From Betaproteobacteria bacterium (GTDB lineage Bacteria > Pseudomonadota > Gammaproteobacteria > Burkholderiales > SG8-39), in contig JANYII010000229.1 of NCBI GenBank assembly GCA_025358705.1, forward strand, positions 1-52,545: a stretch of DNA of 52,545 nucleotides, in the 5' to 3' direction. The notes below the pieces were generated by a model that did no database searches, was not told the origin of the DNA, and saw only the letters and a program-made list of their open reading frames with translations. Positions 37,013-47,081 of this stretch are shown here, in pieces. The translations under genes were made by a program, and so were the position numbers. Every line of letters begins with the position of its first letter. Position 1 is the first letter of the stretch.

Positions 37013-37083
37013 GTGATCCTCCAGGTAGCAAGTATGCGCGGCCAAAGGCCACGCCGACAATCAAAGATTGTTCGAATCCGCGC

Positions 37084-38772
37084 CTAGAACTCTTCCCAGT
37101 CTTGCTGCGCCGCACCGCCGCCTGCGGCGATGCGCTTTCCCGCGGGCTTGACCGGCGCGAGCGCCGGCCGCGGGTCGGCCTTCTTGCGCAACGGTGTCAC
37201 GGTCGCGGTGCGCAATGCGGCCGGCTTCGCCTGTCCCGCCAGTTTGAATATGGCGACCGCCTGGATTAGCGTCGATGCCTGTTCTTCGAGCGAACCGGCC
37301 GCCGCCGTCGCTTCTTCCACCATCGCCGCGTTCTGCTGCGTCACCTTTTCCAGCTGCTGCACGGTGTCGCTCACCTGCGTGATGTTCTGCGATTGCTCCT
37401 GCGAGGCCATCGCAATCTCGGCGACCAGGCTGTTCACGCCCTTCACGGCAGCGACGACCTCGGCGATGGTGCTGCCGGCCTGGGCCACCTGCTTCGAACC
37501 GGCATCCACCCGGGCCACCGACTCGGAAATAAGCTGCCGGATTTCCTTCGCGGCGCCGGAGGAGCGCTGCGCCAGGGTCCGGACTTCGCTCGCCACCACG
37601 GCGAAACCGCGGCCCTGCTCGCCCGCCCGCGCGGCTTCCACCGCCGCGTTCAGCGCCAGGATGTTGGTCTGGAACGCAATACCGTCGATGACGCCGATGA
37701 TGTCGGCAATCTTCTTCGAGGATTCCGAAATCCCGGTCATCGTGCCCACGACCTCGCCGACCGCCTGGCCGCCGCGCGCCGCCACTTCGGAGGCGCCGGA
37801 CGCAAGCTGGCTCGCCTTCTTCGCGTTTTCAGCGTTCTGCAGGACGGTCGCCGTCATTTCCTCCATCGATGCCGCCGTTTCCTCCAGCGACGACGCCTGT
37901 TCTTCCGTGCGGCTGGAAAGATCAGTATGCCCCTGCGCGATTTCCTGCGCCGCGGTATTCACGGTATCCGCGGCTTGCCGGACATCACCGGCGATGCGCC
38001 GCAGGCCTTCCTGCATCGCGGCAAGCGCGGACACCAGTTCCGCCACCTCGTCGCGTCCGCGTACTGCCAGGTCCTGCGTGAGATCGCCCGCCGCAATGCG
38101 CTTCGCGCCCTCGTGCGCCTCGCCGATCGGAACGAGGATCGAGCGCGCGATGAGGATCGCCGCGCCCAGGGCGACAATCACCCCGATCACCGCCATCGCG
38201 ACCATGAGAATGCGCGTGCGCTGCACGGCGTCGTCCGCGAAAACCTTGGCGACCTGGAGCTGCTTTTGCTGATAGGCGACGAAGGTTCGCACCGCTCCGA
38301 GATAGCTCTCGGCCACCGGCACCAGGTTCTTGTTCAGGTCTTCGTTGACATTTTCGCCGGCGCTCTTGCGCTTGAGCATGACAGTGCGCAGTTCGCGGTA
38401 ATGCGCGCGGACTTCGCTGATACCTGCGAGCAGGCGCTTTTCGTCCTCGGATACCGCGACCGTCTCGATCTGCTTCTGCAGTTCGGAAATCCTGGCCGAC
38501 GTCGCATCCATGTCCTTCCTCAGGCCCTCCGCGACCAGGCCGTCCAGGATCTGCATCGAATTGTGCGTGCGCACCAGGTTTACCGCGATGTTCTTTTCCC
38601 ATTGCTCGGCGAGCACCAGCTTGGCGGCATCCTGCGTGACGATTCGGTCGATGATGGCGCCCAGCTCGCCAAGCCGCCATACGCCGGCCATGGCGCTTGC
38701 GCCCACCAGCAGCAGCACCGCGCAAAACCCGATCGCCAGCCGGGTGCCAATTTTCAGATTCACGAGTTTCAC
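37084..38772 (-). CDS. Methyl-accepting chemotaxis protein ending in the DWEEF pentapeptide
   Basis: 562 aa with a GTG start (AAGGGA upstream). Two TM segments, helical periplasmic domain, HAMP, and the same hairpin core as 34248..35852. The last five residues are D-W-E-E-F (37101..37087). Confidence 0.92.
   Translation of the reverse strand: MKLVNLKIGTRLAIGFCAVLLLVGASAMAGVWRLGELGAIIDRIVTQDAAKLVLAEQWEKNIAVNLVRTHNSMQILDGLVAEGLRKDMDATSARISELQKQIETVAVSEDEKRLLAGISEVRAHYRELRTVMLKRKSAGENVNEDLNKNLVPVAESYLGAVRTFVAYQQKQLQVAKVFADDAVQRTRILMVAMAVIGVIVALGAAILIARSILVPIGEAHEGAKRIAAGDLTQDLAVRGRDEVAELVSALAAMQEGLRRIAGDVRQAADTVNTAAQEIAQGHTDLSSRTEEQASSLEETAASMEEMTATVLQNAENAKKASQLASGASEVAARGGQAVGEVVGTMTGISESSKKIADIIGVIDGIAFQTNILALNAAVEAARAGEQGRGFAVVASEVRTLAQRSSGAAKEIRQLISESVARVDAGSKQVAQAGSTIAEVVAAVKGVNSLVAEIAMASQEQSQNITQVSDTVQQLEKVTQQNAAMVEEATAAAGSLEEQASTLIQAVAIFKLAGQAKPAALRTATVTPLRKKADPRPALAPVKPAGKRIAAGGGAAQQDWEEF
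37301..37380. repeat. 80-nt near-identical segment shared by two MCP paralogues (copy 2)
   Basis: See 34501..34580. Direct repeats about 2.8 kb apart on the same strand, flanking the solute-binding-protein gene. Confidence 0.85.
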
Positions 38773-38792
38773 GATCTATCCCTTGCGTATGT

Positions 38793-39308
38793 TCAATGTG
38801 TTGCCGCGTGCGCGGCGTCGCCGACCAGCTGCATGTCGCGGCTGGTCATCAGTTTCTCGATGTCCAGCAGGATCAGCATACGCTCCTCGAGCGTCCCGAG
38901 CCCAGTGATGAACTGCGTCTCCAGCGCCGCGCTGAACTCCGGCGCCGGCTTGATCTGCCCCGCCGAGAGCGACAGCACGTCCGACACCGCATCCACCACC
39001 GCCCCCACCACCCTCTTGGCCACGCTCAGGATGATCACCACCGTAAATTCGTCGTACTTCGCCTCGCCCAGGTTGAATTTCAGCCGCAGGTCCACGATCG
39101 GCACGATGATCCCCCTCAGGTTGATCACCCCCTTGATGAACGCCGGCGTATTGGCGATCGCCGTGGGCTGCTCCCAGCCACGGATCTCCTGCACCTTCAG
39201 GATCTCGATCCCATACTCCTCCGCGCCCAGCCGAAAACTCAGGAATTCGCGCAATTCCCCGGCACCCGATTGCGAATGCGTTGCTCCTCCTGCCATGCCG
39301 ACACTCAT
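38793..39308 (-). CDS. cheW: Chemotaxis coupling protein
   Basis: 171 aa. [23 protein letters not shown]...[14 protein letters not shown] is the CheW-like domain. Confidence 0.93.
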   Translation of the reverse strand: MSVGMAGGATHSQSGAGELREFLSFRLGAEEYGIEILKVQEIRGWEQPTAIANTPAFIKGVINLRGIIVPIVDLRLKFNLGEAKYDEFTVVIILSVAKRVVGAVVDAVSDVLSLSAGQIKPAPEFSAALETQFITGLGTLEERMLILLDIEKLMTSRDMQLVGDAAHAATH

Positions 39309-39332
39309 AGGTCCCCCAATTCGATCAGTAGT

Positions 39333-41543
39333 TCAAAGCCTGGCGCGCGCGCCCTTGCCAGCAAGCTGCACGATCTGCGCGAGGTCCAGGATCAACGCGA
39401 CACGCCCGTCGCCCATGATGGTGGCGCTCGAGACGCCCGGCATCCTGCGGAAATTGGCTTCCAGGCTCTTCACCACCACCTGCTGCTGGCCCAGCAGTTC
39501 GTCAACCAGCAGGGCCGCCTTGCCGCCCTCGGACTCGACGATCACGGCGATGCCGCCCTGCTCGGGCGCGGCGCCGTTGCCCTCGCGGAATACTTCGCTC
39601 AGTCGAACCACCGGCAGAAATTCGTCCCGAACGCGAAGAGTGTGGCCCTGGCCGGCAATGCCGGCGATATCCCCCGCCTGGATGCTCCGCGACTCGATCA
39701 CCGCCGACAGGGGCAGCACGTAAGTGGCCGGGCCGACCGCCACCGACATCGCCTCCATGATCGCGAGCGTCAGCGGCACGCTGACGGTGACCGTGGTGCC
39801 GGCACCTTCGCGCGAATGCAGTCCGACTTTTCCGCCGCCCAGCACCTGGATGTTCCGGCGCACCACGTCCATGCCGACGCCCCGGCCAGAAACATCCGTG
39901 ACTGTCTCGGCGGTGGAAAAGCCCGCCTCGAAAATGAGCTGCCATACCTCGTCGTCGTCCGCGTTCGGGTCGATGCGTATGCCGCGCTCGGCGGCGCGCT
40001 CCAGGATGCGCTTGCGATTCAGTCCCTTGCCGTCGTCGCGCACCTCGATCACGATGCTGCCGCCCTTCTGGCTCGCGCTCAGCCAGATCATTCCGCAACG
40101 CGGCTTGCCCGCGGCCTCACGCTCCGCCGGCGACTCGATGCCGTGGTCGATCGAATTGCGCACCAGATGCGTCAACGGGTCGGTGATCTTCTCGATCAGG
40201 CCGCGGTCGAACTCCGTCGTCTCGCCCGAAACCTTGAGTTCCACCTCCTTGCCGAAGCGCTGCGAGAGCTCGCGCGCCAGGCGCGGGAAGCGCGTGAAGA
40301 CGGTCGAGATCGGCACCATGCGGATCGACATCACCGCTTCCTGGAGGTTGCGCGCATGCCGCCCGAGATCGACAAGGCCAGTGGCGTAGCGCGAATCGCT
40401 CTCCTCCTGGCGCTGCTGCTGCGCAAGCATGGCCTCGGTAATCACCAGTTCGCCGACCAGGTTCACCAGCAGGTCGACTTTCTCGATGCTGACGCGGATC
40501 GAGGCCGCTTCGGCCAGCGCCTGCATCCCGCGTTCCGAGTCGCGCCGGCCGCGCCGCTCGGCGCCCGGCACGACGTCGCTCGCGCGCCTGCCGAACAAGT
40601 TCGGCTCGGCGGCGGGATCATCGGTCGCACGCCGTCCGGGGCCGCGCGGCTTGGCGTCCGATACGGCCTCTTGCGGCTCGCCCCCCCCGCGCCGAGCGCG
40701 AAATTTTTCCGGCGATACGAACGAATCAAACGAGGAATCGCCGGATTCCGCCGGCGGCGCAGCCGCGGGCGCGGCGACCGTCGCTTTCTGCTTCTTCTTC
40801 CATTCCGCCGGGTCGAAAAAAATCTCGCCGCCGTGGTCGTCGGCGACAATTGCCTTCGCCGGTGCCGCGGGTGCCGCCTTGTCGACGCGAATTGCGTCGG
40901 CCGGCACCACCAGCGCGAGCACGCTGCGCAGGTCGGCCTCGGCGCCGCTCAACTCGACCTCGAATCGGATCTCGCCGCCAGCGACGTTGCTCGTCGCGAC
41001 GGCTTCCACCTTGCCCATCTCGCCGAGGCCGGAGAGCATCAAGTCCAGTTCCGCGCTGTCGATCGGGGCCGCGAGCGGTCCCAGGCGCACGGCGTAGCGT
41101 CGCGGAGCCGAGGCCGGCCGGCCGCCCACGTCGCGTTCCATCAGCGCGCGCAATTCCTGTTCGATCGCGGCCGAGTCCGGCGCCTCCTGCACGGTGCCGC
41201 GCCGGAACGCGACCTGCATCTTGACCACGTCGCCGGCGCGCAGCATGAGATCGAGCGCTTCCTCGGTCAGCTGGCGCTCGCCCTTGCGCAGGTCGTCCAG
41301 CAGGTTCTCCAGGACGTGCGTGACCGAAGTGATCTCGCTGAATCCGAGCATGCCGCTGGTGCCCTTGATCGAGTGCGCGGCGCGGAATATCGCGTTCAGG
41401 TCCTCGGCGTCGGGCGCCGCCTGGTTCAGGCGCAGCAGGACGCTTTCGATGGCGGCGACGTGCTCGTCGGCCTCCTCGAAGAAAATGGCGCGGAAATCGG
41501 AGGTATCGCCGAACGCGCCGGAACCGGAACTGGATGAAGACAC
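39333..41543 (-). CDS. cheA: Chemotaxis histidine kinase
   Basis: 736 aa with a GTG start. P1 Hpt (FRAAHSIKGTSGMLGF), long Ala/Pro/Arg-rich linker, dimerisation domain plus HATPase (HLVRNSIDHGIE, DDGKGL, GRGVGMDVV), C-terminal CheW-like domain. No fused REC. Confidence 0.95.
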   Translation of the reverse strand: MSSSSSGSGAFGDTSDFRAIFFEEADEHVAAIESVLLRLNQAAPDAEDLNAIFRAAHSIKGTSGMLGFSEITSVTHVLENLLDDLRKGERQLTEEALDLMLRAGDVVKMQVAFRRGTVQEAPDSAAIEQELRALMERDVGGRPASAPRRYAVRLGPLAAPIDSAELDLMLSGLGEMGKVEAVATSNVAGGEIRFEVELSGAEADLRSVLALVVPADAIRVDKAAPAAPAKAIVADDHGGEIFFDPAEWKKKQKATVAAPAAAPPAESGDSSFDSFVSPEKFRARRGGGEPQEAVSDAKPRGPGRRATDDPAAEPNLFGRRASDVVPGAERRGRRDSERGMQALAEAASIRVSIEKVDLLVNLVGELVITEAMLAQQQRQEESDSRYATGLVDLGRHARNLQEAVMSIRMVPISTVFTRFPRLARELSQRFGKEVELKVSGETTEFDRGLIEKITDPLTHLVRNSIDHGIESPAEREAAGKPRCGMIWLSASQKGGSIVIEVRDDGKGLNRKRILERAAERGIRIDPNADDDEVWQLIFEAGFSTAETVTDVSGRGVGMDVVRRNIQVLGGGKVGLHSREGAGTTVTVSVPLTLAIMEAMSVAVGPATYVLPLSAVIESRSIQAGDIAGIAGQGHTLRVRDEFLPVVRLSEVFREGNGAAPEQGGIAVIVESEGGKAALLVDELLGQQQVVVKSLEANFRRMPGVSSATIMGDGRVALILDLAQIVQLAGKGARARL

Positions 41544-41565
41544 AACGCGGGCAGGCCTTGCGCGC

Positions 41566-41931
41566 TCAGTCGATGAACTGGCGGACGATGGAGAGCATCT
41601 TTTCCGGATCGAACGGCTTGGCCATCCAGCCGGTCGCGCCGGCCTCGCGGCCCTTCGCCTTCAGCTCGGCGCCCGTTTCGGTCGACAGCACGATGATCGC
41701 GACGTTGTCGTACGCGGAGATGCCGCGCAGCAGGCGCACCAGTGTGACGCCGTCCGTGCCCGGCATGTTGTGATCGGTGACGACCAGGTCGAATACCTGC
41801 TTCTTCGCCTTCTCCAGCGCTTCGTCGCCGTCGCCGGCTTCCTCGACGCTGTAGCCCGCACCCTGCAGCACGGCAACGACCATCTTGCGCATCGAGCGCG
41901 TGTCATCGACAACCAGTATCGACTTTCCCAT
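41566..41931 (-). CDS. cheY: Single-domain chemotaxis response regulator
   Basis: 121 aa with RBS AAGAGGAA. ILVVDDTRSMRKM...VVTDHNMPGTDG...GWMAKPF. Confidence 0.9.
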   Translation of the reverse strand: MGKSILVVDDTRSMRKMVVAVLQGAGYSVEEAGDGDEALEKAKKQVFDLVVTDHNMPGTDGVTLVRLLRGISAYDNVAIIVLSTETGAELKAKGREAGATGWMAKPFDPEKMLSIVRQFID

Positions 41932-41963
41932 GTCCGCAGTTCCTCTTGATGTCCTGTGTCCGC

Positions 41964-42842
41964 TCAGCCGCCGCCCGCGCGCGCCGACGGCACGAATTTG
42001 GCGATGACTTCGAGCAGGTGGTTCTCGTCGACCGGCTTGGTAAGGTATTCATCGCAACCTGCAAGCGAGCCGCGCAGCATGTCGAACGGCGAACTGCGGC
42101 TGGTCAGCATGACCACCGCGGTGCGCTTGACGGCCTGCTTGTTGCCCTTGATCAGCTTGCACACCTGGTAGCCGTCGATGCCGGGCAGCACGACATCGAG
42201 GAACACGCAGGTGTACTCGTTGGTGCCCGTGAGGCCGACCGCCTGTTCGCCGGTCTCCGCGAAATCGACATTGAAACCGTAGGGCGCGAGACGCGTTTCC
42301 ATGAATTTGCGCACGGTGGCGTTGTCATCCACCACCAGCACCGCATCCGCCGGGCGCCGCGGACGTGCCGCCGCCGGAGCAGGCCTGGCCGGGGCACCGG
42401 CCCCGGGATTGGTGCGCGCCGCCGCGCCGGGCGGCGGCGTACGCGAACCGGTGCCGGTAGAGGTCCGCTGCAATACCATGGTCTTCTCGTTCTCCGACGT
42501 GGCGGCAGGCGCGCCACCCTGGATCGCGTCGTCGAACGACTGCAGCACCCGTGCCCACTGCAACGGCCGCGACAGCAGCGCCAGCCCGGTGTTGCGGTCC
42601 GACGTGCCGATCAGCACCACCGGCGCCGCAACCCTGCCGCGGATCGCGGTGAATTCCGCCATCGCGGTATCGTTGTCCGCGTCCACCAGGTAAAGATCGG
42701 TGCGCTGCGCCGAGCTTGGCTCGCGCAGCAGGAAGCTCGGGTCGCGGCGTGCCGCCAGTCCGAAGATGCTGGACAGCATCAGGCGCTCGGTTTCGTTGAA
42801 CCCGATCACGTCCACCAGGTAGCTGGATTCTTCATTCGCCAT
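41964..42842 (-). CDS. Two-domain receiver protein: N-terminal receiver-like (probably degenerate) domain, Pro/Ala-rich linker, C-terminal canonical REC
   Basis: 292 aa. The C-terminal REC has VLVVDDNATVRKF...VFLDVVLPGIDG...EYLTKP. The N-terminal ~105 aa have the beta-alpha periodicity and an LYLVDAD strand but lack the N-terminal acidic pair. Confidence 0.75.
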   Translation of the reverse strand: MANEESSYLVDVIGFNETERLMLSSIFGLAARRDPSFLLREPSSAQRTDLYLVDADNDTAMAEFTAIRGRVAAPVVLIGTSDRNTGLALLSRPLQWARVLQSFDDAIQGGAPAATSENEKTMVLQRTSTGTGSRTPPPGAAARTNPGAGAPARPAPAAARPRRPADAVLVVDDNATVRKFMETRLAPYGFNVDFAETGEQAVGLTGTNEYTCVFLDVVLPGIDGYQVCKLIKGNKQAVKRTAVVMLTSRSSPFDMLRGSLAGCDEYLTKPVDENHLLEVIAKFVPSARAGGG

Positions 42843-42868
42843 CAGTCAACCTCGATCACGCAGCGACA

Positions 42869-44965
42869 TCATTGGGATGGTACCCCAAGCTTCATCTGGA
42901 TCGACTGGCTGGTCCAGATGCGGTCGATCTCCGCAAGCAGGGCGTCAGCATCCGGGAAGCGGTCCTTGGGGCGCTTGGCGAGCAGGCCGTCGATCAGCGG
43001 CTGGTAGTCCTCGAGTTCCGCAGGCAGCCTGGGGATCGGCGCGATGATGTGCTGCGACAGGATCTCGAGGATGGTCTCGCCGGTGAACACCCTTTTGCCG
43101 GTGAGCATTTCGTAGAAGATCACGCCCAGGCTGTACAGGTCGGCGCTCGGCCCCACTTCACCGGCCTGCGCCTGCTCGGGCGATATGTAGTGCGGCGTGC
43201 CGAGCACTTCCCCCTGGATCGTATGCCCGCTGGCGTGCTCGGTGCGCTTGGCTACGCCAAAATCGGTCAGCACCAGCACGCCTTCGGTGCGCAACATCAG
43301 GTTCGCGGGCTTGATGTCGCGATGCACGATGCCGCGCGAGTGGATCGCGGCCAGGCCGCTGGCCGCCTGCGACAGCAGCGACAGCGCCTGGCGCCGCGAC
43401 AATCCCCGGTCGATGACTTCGCGCAGGCTGCCGCCGGCCAGGTGCTCCATGGCGATATAGGCCATTTCGTCGCCGAAGCCCTGGTCGTAGATGCGCACCA
43501 CGTGCTCGTGATCGATCGCGGAGAGGATGGCGCATTCCTGGAAGAAGCGCTGCCAGAGTTCCTCGTCCTCCTTGCGGCGCACCTTGAGGATTTTCAGTAC
43601 CGCCTTGCGGCCGTGCACCTCGTCGTCGGCGAGGAACACCGTGGACATGCCGCCCTCGCCGATTTTCTCGAGCACCTTGTAGCCGCGGATGCGCAGTTCT
43701 TCCCCGCCGGGCGCCGCGGCGAAAGCCGCGGTCATGTCGCCGATCAGGTGCAGATCCTGGTCGAGCGCCGCCTTCGAGGCTTCTGCCGTGGCGCGCGCGT
43801 TCTCGATCAAGACCGCGCCCGCACCGGCGGGCAGCGTCATGTCGAGATCCGGCGCCGGCGGTTCCCGATCGGCATCCATGGCAATCACGTGGCCCACCGA
43901 TACGTGCGCGTCGCGGCCCAGCACCTCCACTTCGCGCATCTCGGCGACCACGAACCCCGGGCCCGCGGCTTCGATCGTCGTGCTGCTCGCGACAATCGGC
44001 CAGCGCAGTTCCTTGCATTTCGCTTCGAGCCGCGATGCCACATTGACCGTGTCGCCCACCGGCGTGAGGTCGCCCACGCCGCCCACCGCGAGGCGGAAGA
44101 ACATCACCTCCCCGGTGTGCACGCCCACGCCGACGTTGAACTCCGGCAACTCGGCCATTTCGTAGCGCGAATTCAGCCAGCCGCGGAACTCGCGCGCCAC
44201 CTTGAGGATGCCGAGCGCGGCGCGCAGCCCCGCCGCCGCATGCGCCTGGACTTCGTTCGGCGAGTCATAGCCGAATACCGCCATCATGCCGTCGCCCATG
44301 AACTTCATCACGCGCCCGCCATTGGCGAGAACCGGCTGGCAGGCTTCGCGCAGGTAGGCGGTCAGGAATTCGGCAACCGCCGTCGCCGGCAGGCGCTCCG
44401 AAATGCGGGTGAAGGAGCGGATATCGGTGAACAGCACCGTCTGCATGATCAGGCGGCCGGTCTGGTTCTTGAACGCCGCTTCGTCGGGCTGCTGCAGCTT
44501 GTCGCGCTCCGCGCGGTTCTTGTAGCGGTCGCGCAGCTCGCCGGTCTGCGACAGCACGTGGCTGGAGAAGATCTCGGTCAGCCGTGCGCGCTTCTCGAAC
44601 ACCTGGTTCACCGCATCGATCAGTTCCTGGCGCTTGAACGGCTTGGAGATGAAATCGTCGGCGCCCATCTGCATCGCCTTGCGCACATTTTCGCGCTCGT
44701 CGGCGGAAGTCAGCAGGATGAACGGCAGCGTCACGGTCGCCGGATCGGCGCGCACGCGCTGCAGGACCTCGAAGCCTTCCATGTCGGGCATGTTGACGTC
44801 GCACACCACCGCGTCCGGCTGGGCGGAATGCGACATTTCCAGCCCCGCGACGCCGCCCGAGGCCGTCACCACTTCGAAGCCCGACACCGTGAGCACGCGC
44901 GATACCGCGAGGAGAATGCTCTCGTCGTCGTCGATCAGCAGGATTTTCTTGCGGGATGCCGTCAT
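42869..44965 (-). CDS. REC - class III adenylate/guanylate cyclase - Hanks-type Ser/Thr protein kinase triple fusion
   Basis: 698 aa. REC: KILLIDDDESILL...VVCDVNMPDMEG...DFISKPF. Cyclase homology domain: VLFTDIRSFT, KFMGDGMMAVFG, VGVHTGEV, GDTVNVASRLE. Kinase: IGEGGMSTVF, AVLKILK, HRDIKPANLM, DFGVAK, GTPHYISPEQ. Confidence 0.9.
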   Translation of the reverse strand: MTASRKKILLIDDDESILLAVSRVLTVSGFEVVTASGGVAGLEMSHSAQPDAVVCDVNMPDMEGFEVLQRVRADPATVTLPFILLTSADERENVRKAMQMGADDFISKPFKRQELIDAVNQVFEKRARLTEIFSSHVLSQTGELRDRYKNRAERDKLQQPDEAAFKNQTGRLIMQTVLFTDIRSFTRISERLPATAVAEFLTAYLREACQPVLANGGRVMKFMGDGMMAVFGYDSPNEVQAHAAAGLRAALGILKVAREFRGWLNSRYEMAELPEFNVGVGVHTGEVMFFRLAVGGVGDLTPVGDTVNVASRLEAKCKELRWPIVASSTTIEAAGPGFVVAEMREVEVLGRDAHVSVGHVIAMDADREPPAPDLDMTLPAGAGAVLIENARATAEASKAALDQDLHLIGDMTAAFAAAPGGEELRIRGYKVLEKIGEGGMSTVFLADDEVHGRKAVLKILKVRRKEDEELWQRFFQECAILSAIDHEHVVRIYDQGFGDEMAYIAMEHLAGGSLREVIDRGLSRRQALSLLSQAASGLAAIHSRGIVHRDIKPANLMLRTEGVLVLTDFGVAKRTEHASGHTIQGEVLGTPHYISPEQAQAGEVGPSADLYSLGVIFYEMLTGKRVFTGETILEILSQHIIAPIPRLPAELEDYQPLIDGLLAKRPKDRFPDADALLAEIDRIWTSQSIQMKLGVPSQ

Positions 44966-44977
44966 GCGCGCTCGGGT

Positions 44978-46483
<1,506 letters not shown>

Positions 46484-46513
46484 GGGCTATCGTGTCTTCA
46501 ACTCGTCCAGTGA

Positions 46514-46849
46514 TCAGTTGCTTGCATTCAACCATGACCCAAGATACCCCGTAATGCGCGCCGTCTCACGGTCGATGTCCGCGACCGCATTCGCGATCAA
46601 CCCGGCATCTCCCGTCCGTACTGCTTCCTCGGCCCGCTCGCAGGCTTCCGCGAGCGGCATTGCGCCGACCATCTGGCAGGCGCCCTTCAACCGATGCGCC
46701 CAGCGCAGGACGCCCTTGCTGTCGTTCCTGGAGAGCGCGACTCCCAGCGCGCTCGCGTCCCCGGGGCAGGAGACGCAGAACTGCCGCAATACTACTCCGA
46801 CCGCCTCCTGGTCATCTGACAGCAGCCTGTCGAGGACCGTGTGGTCCAT
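46514..46849 (-). CDS. Stand-alone histidine phosphotransfer (Hpt) domain protein
   Basis: Track ORF 46514..46957 trimmed to ATG 46849, because G/C content at third codon positions drops in the 46850..46957 extension. The AHRLKGACQMVGA motif (HxxKG) sits in a ~110-aa helical protein. Alternative starts at 46915 and 46957. Confidence 0.7.
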   Translation of the reverse strand: MDHTVLDRLLSDDQEAVGVVLRQFCVSCPGDASALGVALSRNDSKGVLRWAHRLKGACQMVGAMPLAEACERAEEAVRTGDAGLIANAVADIDRETARITGYLGSWLNASN

Positions 46850-47081
46850 GGGGCCGGCGTCGCCTTGCGCGCCAGCTCGCCGCTGCGCGCCTTCCCGATT
46901 CGATGTGCGAGGCATGTGAAAGGTCTCGATGTCCAGTGTCCGGTGTCTGCTCGGCACGCAACCATTGCGGCCAAAGAGCTATTCTGGCCGCGCGCCGGCC
47001 ATTTTCCAATGCGCGCGGACGCCACCGGTGCGTTGGCACAACCGGCCACGGTCGTGTAGGTAAATCCGCTACACTCGCGCC

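Noticed and set aside
37037-37055. GCGUGGCC-UUU-GGCCGCGC stem-loop (minus-strand RNA) in the 71-nt gap between an MCP gene and the binding-protein gene
   Set aside because: The loop is only 3 nt, one G-U pair is needed, and no U-tract follows. It may be an mRNA-stability element but cannot be supported from sequence alone.
37393-41537. Plus-strand ORFs 37393..39723 (776 aa) and 38697..41537 (946 aa)
   Set aside because: Both are antisense to the MCP, cheW and cheA genes. They overlap each other in different frames and have no motifs.
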